DNA of 64,000 nt from the NCBI GenBank assembly GCA_048938855.1, contig JBHLLT010000001.1, positions 32,001 through 96,000 on the forward strand. The letters run 5' to 3'. The notes under the pieces were generated by a model. That model did not search any database. It saw only the letters and a list, made by a program, of their open reading frames with translations, and was not told where the DNA came from. Positions 30,120 through 39,848 of this stretch are shown piece by piece (within the stretch, counting starts at the first letter, position 1; each line of letters starts with the position of its first letter). Source of the DNA: Promethearchaeota archaeon (lineage in GTDB: Archaea; Asgardarchaeota; Lokiarchaeia; Sigyniarchaeales; SOKP01). Made by a program: the position numbers and the translations under genes.

Positions 30120-31358
30120 ATGTTATCTTTTTTTTTAAATATTATGTCATTACCTTTAGAAGGGAAAATTATATTAGATCTTACGAGAATGTTACCTGGC
30201 CCTTTTTGTTCCATGATTCTCTCTGATCTTGGTGCTGATGTTATAAAAGTAGAAGATCCTCGTTATTTTTACGGTCAACCTCCACCATTCTTTCAAAAGG
30301 GAAGATACCGTGAGAGTGCTTTCAATTCAATCCTTAATAGAAATAAAAGGTCAATTACACTTAATCTAAAAAAAGAAAAAGCTCTTTCAATTTTTTATGA
30401 ATTGGTAAAAAAAGCAGATGTGGTTCTTGAGTCGTTTCGACCAAAAATTACAAAAAAATTAAAAATTGACTATAATACCTTAGCGACAATAAATCCATCA
30501 ATCATCTGTTGTTCCTTAACAGGTTATGGGCAAACCGGTCCATATGAACAAATTGCGGGTCATGATCTTAATTACATTGGAATATGTGGTATTTTAGATT
30601 TAAACAGAGAGAGAAAGCTATATAATAAAGAATTTCAAGAAAGAAAGCCAATTAATCCGGGAGCCCAATTTGCGGATATTGGAGGAGGATTAGTATCTGC
30701 TATCGGAATTTTGGGAGCTATAATTGAGAGGGATAAAAATCTTGAAAAAAAGGGACAATTCATAGATATCTCAATGACAGATTCTGTTTTTTCATTTATG
30801 CCACTTGTAGCAGCATATCATTTTTCTAGAGGATTAAATGATGGAGTAGAAACAGAAAATCCTTTGCATGGAGATTTTCCTTTTTATAATGTCTATAAAA
30901 CTAAAGATAATAAATTTTTATCTGTTGGAATTGTTGAAATTAAGTTTTGGCGACTTTTATGTGAAACATTAGGACGGGATGATTTAATTTCAAAACAATT
31001 TGCCCAAGGAGAAGAAAGAGAAAATGTCTTCGTTGAGCTACAAAAGGAATTTTCGAAAAAATCACAAAAAGAGTGGATGGATATCTTTAAACCTCTAGAT
31101 GTATGTATCATGCCAGTAAAATCTTTTGCTGAAGCAAGTGAAGACCCGCAGATTAAAGCACGAAATATGGTTATTGAAATGAATCATCCAAAATTTGGAA
31201 AGATTAAAAATATTGCTTCACCTATAAAATACTCACGTACACCATTAAAGATAAGATCGCTTGCTCCTAAACTTGGTCAAAATACAAAGATGATTCTAAA
31301 AAATTTAGGTTATTCAGATGAAGCTATTCGAGATTTTAGAAAAAAAGGGGTAATTTAA
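30120..31358 (+). CDS. Family III CoA-transferase (CaiB/BaiF)
   Basis: PGPFCSMILSDLGADVIKVE, NRNKRS, GYGQTGPY, GHD catalytic Asp; start may be ATG 30144. Confidence 0.93.
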   Translation: MLSFFLNIMSLPLEGKIILDLTRMLPGPFCSMILSDLGADVIKVEDPRYFYGQPPPFFQKGRYRESAFNSILNRNKRSITLNLKKEKALSIFYELVKKADVVLESFRPKITKKLKIDYNTLATINPSIICCSLTGYGQTGPYEQIAGHDLNYIGICGILDLNRERKLYNKEFQERKPINPGAQFADIGGGLVSAIGILGAIIERDKNLEKKGQFIDISMTDSVFSFMPLVAAYHFSRGLNDGVETENPLHGDFPFYNVYKTKDNKFLSVGIVEIKFWRLLCETLGRDDLISKQFAQGEERENVFVELQKEFSKKSQKEWMDIFKPLDVCIMPVKSFAEASEDPQIKARNMVIEMNHPKFGKIKNIASPIKYSRTPLKIRSLAPKLGQNTKMILKNLGYSDEAIRDFRKKGVI

Positions 31359-31365
31359 GGATATT

Positions 31366-31734
31366 TTATAGTATCTCTAAAATTAGGATAAGTAGTGCAA
31401 ATATAAGAGATATAAATGTAAAAACTAATAGTATAATAAACATCGGCCAATCTTTTAACTGTCCGTAGAAGCCTGCTGCGTTTATTGTGGAGTAAATAGC
31501 CATCCCAATAGCAATAAAAAATACAGCTATCCCCCAGAATTGATTGAATAATAATCCTACCCCTCCAATTATAAGCATTATGGATGTGAGAAATTCAGCA
31601 ATTAAATGAAAAAATATCTGTGTCGGCTTTGTATTTAATTCAGGTACTTCCTTCTTTAATAATAACATTAACCACATGCATAACATTGCAATTCCTATTA
31701 TTATAATATAAATGGAAGCGATTAATTCGATAAT
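31366..31734 (-). CDS. Small four-TM membrane protein; probable ATT start
   Basis: Hydrophobic helices with HLIAE and GFYGQ; 16-codon extension IIELIASIYIIIIGIA completes TM1; GGTGG 6 nt upstream of ATT. Confidence 0.7.
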   Translation of the reverse strand: MIELIASIYIIIIGIAMLCMWLMLLLKKEVPELNTKPTQIFFHLIAEFLTSIMLIIGGVGLLFNQFWGIAVFFIAIGMAIYSTINAAGFYGQLKDWPMFIILLVFTFISLIFALLILILEIL

Positions 31735-31847
31735 CTTTTTCCACCTGCTTATTTTTATTTAAACCAGATTGATTAATCAATTTATTTACTTAAATTATCT
31801 TTAAACTGTATTGATTAAATAATTATCCAATAATAATCGGTTATTTT

Positions 31848-33080
31848 TTATTTATTGTCATTAAATGTAAATAGAACTTTGATAGCATGAGATTTAGATT
31901 TATCCGCTAATACATCAAATGCTGTTTTGTATTCTTTAAGTGGAAATTTATGTGAAATTAATGCAGATGGATTAATTCGATTTGATTTTAAAAATTCCAT
32001 AAAATGTTCAAAAGCGTGTGTTCTCCTGCCCTCAAAATACTCTAATGAAAACGCATTTGAACCTATAATCTCAAGTTCCTTAAAATAATGTAATGTGTTT
32101 TCAAATCTTTTTGGATTGCTAACACCAAGAAATACTAACTTAGCTTGAGTTGTTAAAATTCTAATTCCAATTTCTAGTGTATCTGCGGATGCTATTGTAT
32201 CTAAAATGCCATCTACTCCATCCATTGTCCATTTTGAACCCCTTTCAGGTTTATACGATTCTACATTTAAGAATTCTATCAGCTCATCTAATAATTTTTC
32301 TCCGCTACTCATAAAAACATGTTTAGCTCCCAAATTTAATGCCATTTCTTTTTGAAATTGATATCTACCGACCGCGATTATCTTCTTAACTTTAAAAATC
32401 TTATTGAGAAGCATTATTACTAGTAATCCTATTACGCCTATTCCATATACCAATATTGTAGAATCTTCACGCGGATCTAAAATTAAGAGTGAATGAAAAG
32501 CGACAGCAAAGGGATCAGCTAAAACGGCTTTTTCAAATGAGACATTATCAGGAATCAAAAAGCATTGTGATTCATGTACAGAAATATAGGGAGCAAATCC
32601 ACCAAAACCTTTAGTTGTGCCTAGATGCATTCCTATAGGTAAAGCTCCCTTTTGAAAATTATGACAATGAACATAATCTCCAATTTGACATCTTGAACAC
32701 TCTATATTGATTCCACGAGGTTTGCATGGAAACCATGGGCTTAAAGCAACTCGATCCCCAATCTTAATTTTGTTAACGTTTCGACCCTTTTTTACTACTG
32801 TACCTACAGGTTCATGACCTAAGATTTGTGGAAATGATATTAATGAACGCAATGGATTATCGCGAGCTCCCTTGAGGGTTAATTCTTTCATATCACTACC
32901 ACAAATACCACAATATTCAGTTTTAACTAGTATCCAATTTTCAGTAATAATGGGGGGGATAGGGACTTGTTTTATAACAACAGGACCTCCTTTTTTCCAG
33001 TAGCCGGAGATATTTCTTTTTCCACTGATATATGCTTTTGCTAGCTTGCCCCATTTCATCTCAAAAAGTAGTGCTTCCAT
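31848..33080 (-). CDS. Zinc-dependent medium-chain dehydrogenase
   Basis: CGICGSD, GHE, four-Cys structural Zn site, GIGVIG. Confidence 0.9.
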   Translation of the reverse strand: MEALLFEMKWGKLAKAYISGKRNISGYWKKGGPVVIKQVPIPPIITENWILVKTEYCGICGSDMKELTLKGARDNPLRSLISFPQILGHEPVGTVVKKGRNVNKIKIGDRVALSPWFPCKPRGINIECSRCQIGDYVHCHNFQKGALPIGMHLGTTKGFGGFAPYISVHESQCFLIPDNVSFEKAVLADPFAVAFHSLLILDPREDSTILVYGIGVIGLLVIMLLNKIFKVKKIIAVGRYQFQKEMALNLGAKHVFMSSGEKLLDELIEFLNVESYKPERGSKWTMDGVDGILDTIASADTLEIGIRILTTQAKLVFLGVSNPKRFENTLHYFKELEIIGSNAFSLEYFEGRRTHAFEHFMEFLKSNRINPSALISHKFPLKEYKTAFDVLADKSKSHAIKVLFTFNDNK

Positions 33081-33119
33081 CGATTCTTGCTTTTTCTTTT
33101 TGACTATAATTGTTCACCT

Positions 33120-34385
33120 TTAATATTCATTGAATGAAAACGCAACTTTTATTGATTTGAATTTTTTCTGTTTTCGAGCAGTAATCATGGCTTTTTTATA
33201 GGCTTTTAAAGGGAATTTATGCGTGATCATAGGTGTTGGATCAATATATCCTTCTTGAAGAAATCGGAAATAATGAAAGTAGGCATGTTCACGCATTCCT
33301 TGGAATTCCTCAATTGAAAAAGCATTACTTCCAATAATACATATCTCTTTAAAATACCATGGAGTCCATTCAAATCTCTTTGGAGAAGACACACCAGTAA
33401 AAATAATAGCTCCAGACGTTAAATGTTTAGTCTGGATATTTTTTTTTCTGGCTTTTACAATACGAAGTCCTGTTTCTAGAGTCTCTGAAGATGCTACTGT
33501 ATCAAATAAAAAATCAACGCCTTCAATTAGCCAAGGTTTTTTCTTTTTAATGTAATAGATATCACAATGAACATAATCAGCAACTTTTTCTATTATTTTA
33601 CTTGGTGGATTAGATTCGATAACTAAGTCTGCTCCAAATTTTTTTGCCATAATTGTCTGATGCGGGTAAAGAGAAATTGCTATTACAATAATATCTTTAA
33701 AAATTTTTTTTAAAATTAAAATTGTTAAAAGCCCTAAATTACCACATCCGTAAACAGCACAAATTGAGCCAGGATTGATTGGAACTTTTAGAATTGAATG
33801 GAATGCTACTGAAAAAGGATCTGAAAGCATTGCTTGATCCCATGAAATACTATCGGGAATTGCGATTAACATTGAACGTTCAGCGGGAAATATTTCTGCA
33901 AATCCTCCTGTAACATCTCTACTATTTCCAGTATGAATACCTGGAGCAAGAAATCCTTTAGTAAAATTACGACAAAGAGTATTTTTTCCCTCTTTACAAG
34001 ATTTACAAGGAGGTATTATATTTCTTGGCAAACAACTTATCCATGGATTTAAAACTACACGATCTCCTTCTTTCAGATTAGTTTTAGAACCAGTATTTTC
34101 AACAACACCAACAGCTTCATGGCCCAATATCTGCGGCCAAGAAATTACTGCTGTCATAGGATTATCCCTATTGCCATCAAGAAAAATTTGTTTATGGTCT
34201 GATCCGCATATACCACATAAAACAGTTTTGACAATACTCCATTTTTCTGTTTTTAAATCAGGATTAGGTAAATCTATTAATCTTAAAAATCCATATTTGG
34301 TAAGATATCCCCTCAAATTAATTAATCCTGCAAATCGTGCCAATGCTAACTTTGAAAGTTTGTATTGGTAAAGTAGAGCTTTAAT
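33120..34385 (-). CDS. Zinc-dependent medium-chain dehydrogenase (tandem paralog); probable ATT start
   Basis: CGICGSD, GHE, GCGNLG; extension IKALLYQYKLSKLA aligns with the paralog start MEALLFEMKWGKLA. Confidence 0.88.
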   Translation of the reverse strand: MKALLYQYKLSKLALARFAGLINLRGYLTKYGFLRLIDLPNPDLKTEKWSIVKTVLCGICGSDHKQIFLDGNRDNPMTAVISWPQILGHEAVGVVENTGSKTNLKEGDRVVLNPWISCLPRNIIPPCKSCKEGKNTLCRNFTKGFLAPGIHTGNSRDVTGGFAEIFPAERSMLIAIPDSISWDQAMLSDPFSVAFHSILKVPINPGSICAVYGCGNLGLLTILILKKIFKDIIVIAISLYPHQTIMAKKFGADLVIESNPPSKIIEKVADYVHCDIYYIKKKKPWLIEGVDFLFDTVASSETLETGLRIVKARKKNIQTKHLTSGAIIFTGVSSPKRFEWTPWYFKEICIIGSNAFSIEEFQGMREHAYFHYFRFLQEGYIDPTPMITHKFPLKAYKKAMITARKQKKFKSIKVAFSFNEY

Positions 34386-34485
34386 ACGAGATCCCCAATA
34401 TAAAATCTTACAATATTATAAATTTATCCTTAAGTTTTAAAGATATTTGAAAATTAATGATTATATAGCAAATTGCGATATTATC

Positions 34486-34983
34486 ATGATGACCACAGAT
34501 ATTATCCTTTATGATACAATTAAAAAATCTGGAATTGACTTAATATTGTCATTACCATGTATCATGTTGAAAGGTCTTTTACAACTTATTGATGAAAGAA
34601 ACGAGATTCAGCATATCCCTATAACGCGTGAAGAAGAAGGAGTTGGGATTGCAGCAGGTGCCTACTTAGGGGGGAGAACGCCAGCAATATTGATGCAAAA
34701 TTCCGGATTAGGGAATTCAATTAATGCAATAAAATCATTATTACAATTATATAGAATTCCTGGTATATTTATAATGAGTCATAGAGGTGCTGAAGGAGAA
34801 AAAATTTTAGCTCAAATTCCCATGGGTAAACTTACTCCAGATCTCTTAGATCTTTTAGAGATTGAAAAATATATTATTGATTCTTTAGACAATATTAATG
34901 ACATTTCTAAAGCGGTAGACAAAAGTAAAAGAACAAATCAATTAGTCGCTATTCTTTTAAAAAGAAGTTTATGGAGGTCTTAG
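34486..34983 (+). CDS. comD: Sulfopyruvate decarboxylase alpha subunit (TPP enzyme, N-terminal half)
   Basis: SLPC, TREEEGVGIAAGAYLGG, MQNSGLGN, SHRG, QIPMG; track start is 34447. Confidence 0.85.
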   Translation: MMTTDIILYDTIKKSGIDLILSLPCIMLKGLLQLIDERNEIQHIPITREEEGVGIAAGAYLGGRTPAILMQNSGLGNSINAIKSLLQLYRIPGIFIMSHRGAEGEKILAQIPMGKLTPDLLDLLEIEKYIIDSLDNINDISKAVDKSKRTNQLVAILLKRSLWRS

Positions 34984-34984
34984 A

Positions 34985-35536
34985 TTGCTTAGATATGATG
35001 CCATAAAAAAAATTGTAGAATCATTAACTGATGAATTAATTGTCTGTAATCTTGGTGCTCCTTCAAGAGAATTATACAATATATTCGATCGAGACAAAAA
35101 CTTTTATATGTTAGGCTCGATGGGTTTAGTTAGTTCGATTGCATTTGGTATTGCTATATCAAGACCTGAGAAGAATGTAATTTGTATTGATGGCGATGGT
35201 TCAATTTTAATGAATCTTGGTAGCTTAAGTACTATAGCTAATAATAACCCAAATAATCTAATGCTAATAGTTATCGATAATTCTTCATATGGCTCTACTG
35301 GAGATCAAAGAACATACACAAAATATAAAACAAGATTAGAAATTATCGCTAAAGGTGCAGGATTTAAATCTATTACGGTTTTAGATAAAGAAGAACAAAT
35401 CAGCTCCTTTTTAAATAAAATAAAACCAGGATGTCATTTTTTACTAATTAAAACTCAACCAGGAAATGCAGAAGTGGAAAATATACCTTTACTTGCTGAG
35501 GAAATAAAAGTGAGGTTTAGAAAAGCAATTTCTTAA
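34985..35536 (+). CDS. comE: Sulfopyruvate decarboxylase beta subunit
   Basis: NLGAPSREL, NFYMLGSMG, TPP motif DGDGS...DN, YGSTGDQ; 1 nt after comD. Confidence 0.85.
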   Translation: MLRYDAIKKIVESLTDELIVCNLGAPSRELYNIFDRDKNFYMLGSMGLVSSIAFGIAISRPEKNVICIDGDGSILMNLGSLSTIANNNPNNLMLIVIDNSSYGSTGDQRTYTKYKTRLEIIAKGAGFKSITVLDKEEQISSFLNKIKPGCHFLLIKTQPGNAEVENIPLLAEEIKVRFRKAIS

Positions 35537-35660
35537 AGATCATAAAATTTGGTACTTCTCTATATGTTAAAATTTGGTAAATAAATTTTAAAGCATAATT
35601 TTAATTAAGAGCACACTTATTATTTTTTTAGAAATAATTATTTAATTAGGAAATGTTGAA

Positions 35661-37247
35661 ATGTCTGAGGAATTCAAACAAAAGGACAATGACGAAGATT
35701 CTATAAAAGAAAATTTAGAAGCTGATTCTCAAAAAGAAGAGATTGAAGGAGAACAGCAAACCGAAAAAATTAATAAACCTGTTATTATTAGAGCAGATGC
35801 TTATAAAACAATAATTTTATACGCAAGTAGATATGCAAATAAATCAATTCCTTCTAAAGATTGGAAAGAGATCTATGGAATTTTGATTGGTAAAGCCGAT
35901 GATGATTTCGTTTATGTAGAAAGTGCAGAAGCTTTAACATTTGGGCATGCTACAGATGTTCAGTTAGATGAGAGACATTATGGCTTTATTGAAGAAATAG
36001 AATCTAGACTTGAAAAAGAAGGTAAAAATTTTTATATGGTTGGATGGTTCCATAGTCATCCAGGATTAAACTTATTTTTTTCATATATAGATTTAATTAA
36101 CCAATTAGGTTTTCAGCAATATAATGATGATTTTTGTGGATTAGTGTTTGATCACACATTATTAGGACAAAAGAAGGAGGAAATTATTAAAAGTGAAGAT
36201 GGTTCAGAGCATTCTATGACAAAATACGATACAGGCTTTGAAGTATACAGAATAACAAATATAAGTATGGATATTAACGATCCAGGATTTGATAATAATT
36301 ACAATAAAGTTGATTATGTTATTGATGGATTGAATAAATATTTCTTTGCAAATGTCTTATCTGAGTTATCTGCATTAGTGACTGAAGGAAAACCTTTACA
36401 ATCGGCTTATAAGGAAGAATTTGCACAAGAAACACATACCCCAATTTCTTCAGATCAGCAATCACCTGAAAAAGAATTTTCGAACAAAGAATTTTTGACT
36501 GAAATCCCTATGATTGAAAATATATCCTTTGGGGGGGATGATTTCTTTTATGGTGAAACTAACACGAAAAAAAAGACTAAAGAGATGAAAGTAAAAGAAC
36601 AAGCAGAAGAATTAATCTATGAAGGAAATAAAGCATTTGAAAACAGAGATTCTTTTACAGGAGTAGAAAAATTTAGGCAAGGAATAGAGAAATACAAAGA
36701 AATCAAGGATTTTGATAGAGTTTTAGAATTATTAAGAATAGTTTCTCAAAAATGTATCTCAAACGAACATTTAATTTTTGCTGATGAATTTACTGATGAA
36801 TTATATAAACTTGCTAAAAAACAAAATCAAAATTTCTATTTAGGCGTTGTTTATTATGCTAAAGGATATTTACTATTAAAAAAGGGAGATAATGAAGTCT
36901 TAGAAGAAGCCTTAAATAAAATTCAAGATGCAGCTGTAAATTTCGAAAGGGAGGGTGATTTTGCTGGTGCAGGAATGTGTTTTAATAAGATCGGTTCAAT
37001 TTACCAGACACGTCTAAATAAATTAGAAAATGCCTGCCTTTTCTATCGAGCAGCGATAGAAAATTTTAACAACGCAATTATAAAAATGCATCCTTTAAGA
37101 ACTGATTTTTGGAATAAACCAGAATTACTTATTCAGAAGATTGTAGAACTAAGAGATATTGTTGAAGAGGTATTACCAAAATTGGAAAATAATAATTTAA
37201 AGAAAAAAATTACCCATGATCTTAAGAATATAAATTATAACTTTTAA
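35661..37247 (+). CDS. JAMM/MPN+ metalloprotease fused to C-terminal TPR/SNAP-like helical repeats
   Basis: EIYGILIG ... VGWFHSHPGLNLFFSYID (E, HxH-x7-S-x2-D); C-terminal AAVNFEREGDFAGAGMCFNKIGSIY-type repeats. Confidence 0.85.
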   Translation: MSEEFKQKDNDEDSIKENLEADSQKEEIEGEQQTEKINKPVIIRADAYKTIILYASRYANKSIPSKDWKEIYGILIGKADDDFVYVESAEALTFGHATDVQLDERHYGFIEEIESRLEKEGKNFYMVGWFHSHPGLNLFFSYIDLINQLGFQQYNDDFCGLVFDHTLLGQKKEEIIKSEDGSEHSMTKYDTGFEVYRITNISMDINDPGFDNNYNKVDYVIDGLNKYFFANVLSELSALVTEGKPLQSAYKEEFAQETHTPISSDQQSPEKEFSNKEFLTEIPMIENISFGGDDFFYGETNTKKKTKEMKVKEQAEELIYEGNKAFENRDSFTGVEKFRQGIEKYKEIKDFDRVLELLRIVSQKCISNEHLIFADEFTDELYKLAKKQNQNFYLGVVYYAKGYLLLKKGDNEVLEEALNKIQDAAVNFEREGDFAGAGMCFNKIGSIYQTRLNKLENACLFYRAAIENFNNAIIKMHPLRTDFWNKPELLIQKIVELRDIVEEVLPKLENNNLKKKITHDLKNINYNF

Positions 37248-37344
37248 ACAAATTTCTAAAAATACCCATTTTCTTAAACTGCAATTCAAAAAAATTAAAT
37301 TTTAATAATCATTATTTTACATACTTCTTTTAGTGATTTAGATT

Positions 37345-38031
37345 ATGCCAAGACGTAAGCAGAAAATTAAATATTCAAGAAAAATTGTTTGTAAAAATCT
37401 TGAACCTAAAGGTAATATAGGTAATAGTCTTCAATCCCTTTGTTATTGCAATGCCAGAGATTTAATATTAGGTTCTCGAGCATATGTCTGTCAAGTATGT
37501 GCATTGTATGATCCGGGTAAAAATAGCAAACGCTTTTCTGAAGTTTATGAAGAAAGCAAAAAAATAGCTGAGAAGAAAATAAAAGAAAAAGAAATTAAGC
37601 TGGAGGATTTCGAAATTGCTGAGATAACTTCCGATGAGGAAATTGACTTGTCAATTGATGAATTCGAGGAAGAAGACGAAGAAGCACCATTAAAATTCGA
37701 AAAAAGAAAAGCAGGAAAAGCAGACTTAGAGGATTCGGAATTTGAGGGAACAAATGAATGTCCTTTTTGCGGAGAATTTTTTGAGAATTTAGCTTCTCAC
37801 ATTCAAAGTTGTGAGTTTGCACCTGATGATGCAAGTATAGAAGATATTATACCTTCTAAACCAAAGAAAAAAAAGAAAAAATCCAGTACTGATTTAGAAG
37901 GAAAACCTAGTGAATCTACTGAAAAAAAGAAATGCCCATATTGCGGAAAAGAGTTTGTACGACTTGGACGTCACCTAAACTCTTGTTCTAAAAGGCCAGC
38001 TGATGCCAAAAATGAAGAAGAAGAAAATTAA
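37345..38031 (+). CDS. Multi zinc-finger protein with two C2HC fingers and charged linkers
   Basis: N-terminal Cys cluster; CPFCGEFFENLASHIQSC and CPYCGKEFVRLGRHLNSC; acidic and poly-Lys tracts. Confidence 0.8.
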   Translation: MPRRKQKIKYSRKIVCKNLEPKGNIGNSLQSLCYCNARDLILGSRAYVCQVCALYDPGKNSKRFSEVYEESKKIAEKKIKEKEIKLEDFEIAEITSDEEIDLSIDEFEEEDEEAPLKFEKRKAGKADLEDSEFEGTNECPFCGEFFENLASHIQSCEFAPDDASIEDIIPSKPKKKKKKSSTDLEGKPSESTEKKKCPYCGKEFVRLGRHLNSCSKRPADAKNEEEEN

Positions 38032-38060
38032 TCATAATTATTCTTATTTTTAAGTAAGCT

Positions 38061-38984
38061 ATGCCTAGTAATGAAGAGATTTACTACAGAGCTCCAATCT
38101 TTAGACCTCCAAGTGAAGCTCATTCTCTATTGATTCAATTGACTGAGGGTTGTACATTTAAATGCGATTTCTGTATATCAAATCTTCGTAAACAATTTTT
38201 GGTTAGAGATGTAAATCTTGTAAAAAAAGATTTAGATATTGCCAAAAAAAAATATGGTTCAAAAGTGAGAAAAATCTTTTTTTTAGATGGAAATGCAATG
38301 GTAACCCCATTTGAAAAACTCTTAGAGGTAACTAAGTATGCATTCAAGCTTTTTCCAACTTTAGAAAGGTGTGGTGTATATGCTCACTCAAAGGATATAA
38401 TTAAAAAATCTGATGAACAACTAAAAATGTTATATGAAGCAGGTCTTAAAATAGCATATGTTGGTTTTGAATCAGGGTTAGATAAATTACTTCAAATGGT
38501 ACATAAACAAGTAACTAAATCGGATCATATTAATGCTTCTAAGAAATTGATGAAGGCAGGGATAACTTTATCAGCTACCTTTATAAATGGTCTTAGTGGA
38601 GGTAACAATCCTGATCTTTCCAATGAACATGCGTTAGAATCTGTTGATTTAGTTAATCAAATATGCCCTGATGATGATCGAATTTGGTATATTGCTTTCC
38701 TTACCCTTATGATTCCTACAGAAACAGAAATCTTTAAAAAAAAGTTAAAAGGAGGATTTCAGGAAATGGATTCAATAGAGATCCTTCAAGAATTAAAAAC
38801 TTTTATAAGTCACGTCGATTTTAAAAACAAAAATGCGAATTGCATTTTCCGAAGTAATCATGCCTCTAATTATTTACCTATAAAAGGAATTTTGGATAGA
38901 GATAAAGAGAATATTTTAAGTACTCTTAATTATGGAATAGAACATAAAGATATTTTAAGACCAGAATTTTATAGAGGTCTTTAA
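38061..38984 (+). CDS. Radical SAM protein (RPPSE family; paralog of 26597-27511)
   Basis: IFRPPSEA, GCTFKCDFC, YVGFESG, SNHASNY. Confidence 0.9.
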   Translation: MPSNEEIYYRAPIFRPPSEAHSLLIQLTEGCTFKCDFCISNLRKQFLVRDVNLVKKDLDIAKKKYGSKVRKIFFLDGNAMVTPFEKLLEVTKYAFKLFPTLERCGVYAHSKDIIKKSDEQLKMLYEAGLKIAYVGFESGLDKLLQMVHKQVTKSDHINASKKLMKAGITLSATFINGLSGGNNPDLSNEHALESVDLVNQICPDDDRIWYIAFLTLMIPTETEIFKKKLKGGFQEMDSIEILQELKTFISHVDFKNKNANCIFRSNHASNYLPIKGILDRDKENILSTLNYGIEHKDILRPEFYRGL

Positions 38985-39190
38985 CCTTGATTTATTTTTA
39001 AAATCTCGATTTTTTGAATATAACTTCTTGAGTTATAGATTCATAAACTTGTATTGGACTTCTTGTACCCATGTACCTTCTTAGTACAATTTAATGCTGT
39101 ATATTCTTATAATTATACCTAAATAGATACAAAATTTAAATTTAATATTATTCATTTAATAAAACACTTAATTTATTAAAAGAGATAATT

Positions 39191-39823
39191 TTGAATATGA
39201 CAAAAATAACTCTAATTGTTGGCTCACCAAGAAAAAATAAGAGCAGTAATTTTTTGATCGATAAGGCAATTGAAGGTATAAGAACTGTGACTGAGGAATT
39301 TGATATTAAAAAAATTTATATTACAGATTATAAAATAACACCGTGTAATGGTTGCGATAAATGTATAAGACCACCAAATGATTGTCCCTTAGCAGAAAAT
39401 GATGATACAAGGAAATTAGAAGATAATATAATAGGGTCCTCGGCTTTAATTATTGCAGCGCCTAATTATTTTGGGTCTGTAAGTTCTCAAATAAAAGTTC
39501 TTATCGATCGCTCTAGACCATGGAAGATGAAAAATTATTTATTAAAAGATGTAATCTTTGCCCCGATGGCTTCAACTGGTTTGAGAAATAGCGGAGGCGG
39601 TGTAATTCTAGATTTAGTTAACTTTGCTCTCATTCAAGGTATGGTTATTATTGGTAACGCATTAGGAAGTCCAGTACTGGAAGGAAATATACCAATAACA
39701 AGTTTACAGAAATATAATTTAAAAGAATTTTTAGGGAAAGATGAGATTGATGAATTAGGAGGCCTTTTAGCTAAAGATCTAGGAAAAAGAGTAGCAGAAT
39801 TTTTACTCAAAATCAAGAAATAA
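39191..39823 (+). CDS. Iron-sulfur flavoprotein (NADPH-dependent FMN reductase/Isf family)
   Basis: GSPRK, CNGCDKC-x6-C, APNYFG, KVLIDR. Confidence 0.88.
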   Translation: MNMTKITLIVGSPRKNKSSNFLIDKAIEGIRTVTEEFDIKKIYITDYKITPCNGCDKCIRPPNDCPLAENDDTRKLEDNIIGSSALIIAAPNYFGSVSSQIKVLIDRSRPWKMKNYLLKDVIFAPMASTGLRNSGGGVILDLVNFALIQGMVIIGNALGSPVLEGNIPITSLQKYNLKEFLGKDEIDELGGLLAKDLGKRVAEFLLKIKK

Positions 39824-39848
39824 TATAAAGATAATAAAAATTTTATTG

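Noticed and set aside
38998-39072. 24-aa minus-strand ORF MGTRSPIQVYESITQEVIFKKSRF
   Set aside because: Too short, no motif; could arise by chance.
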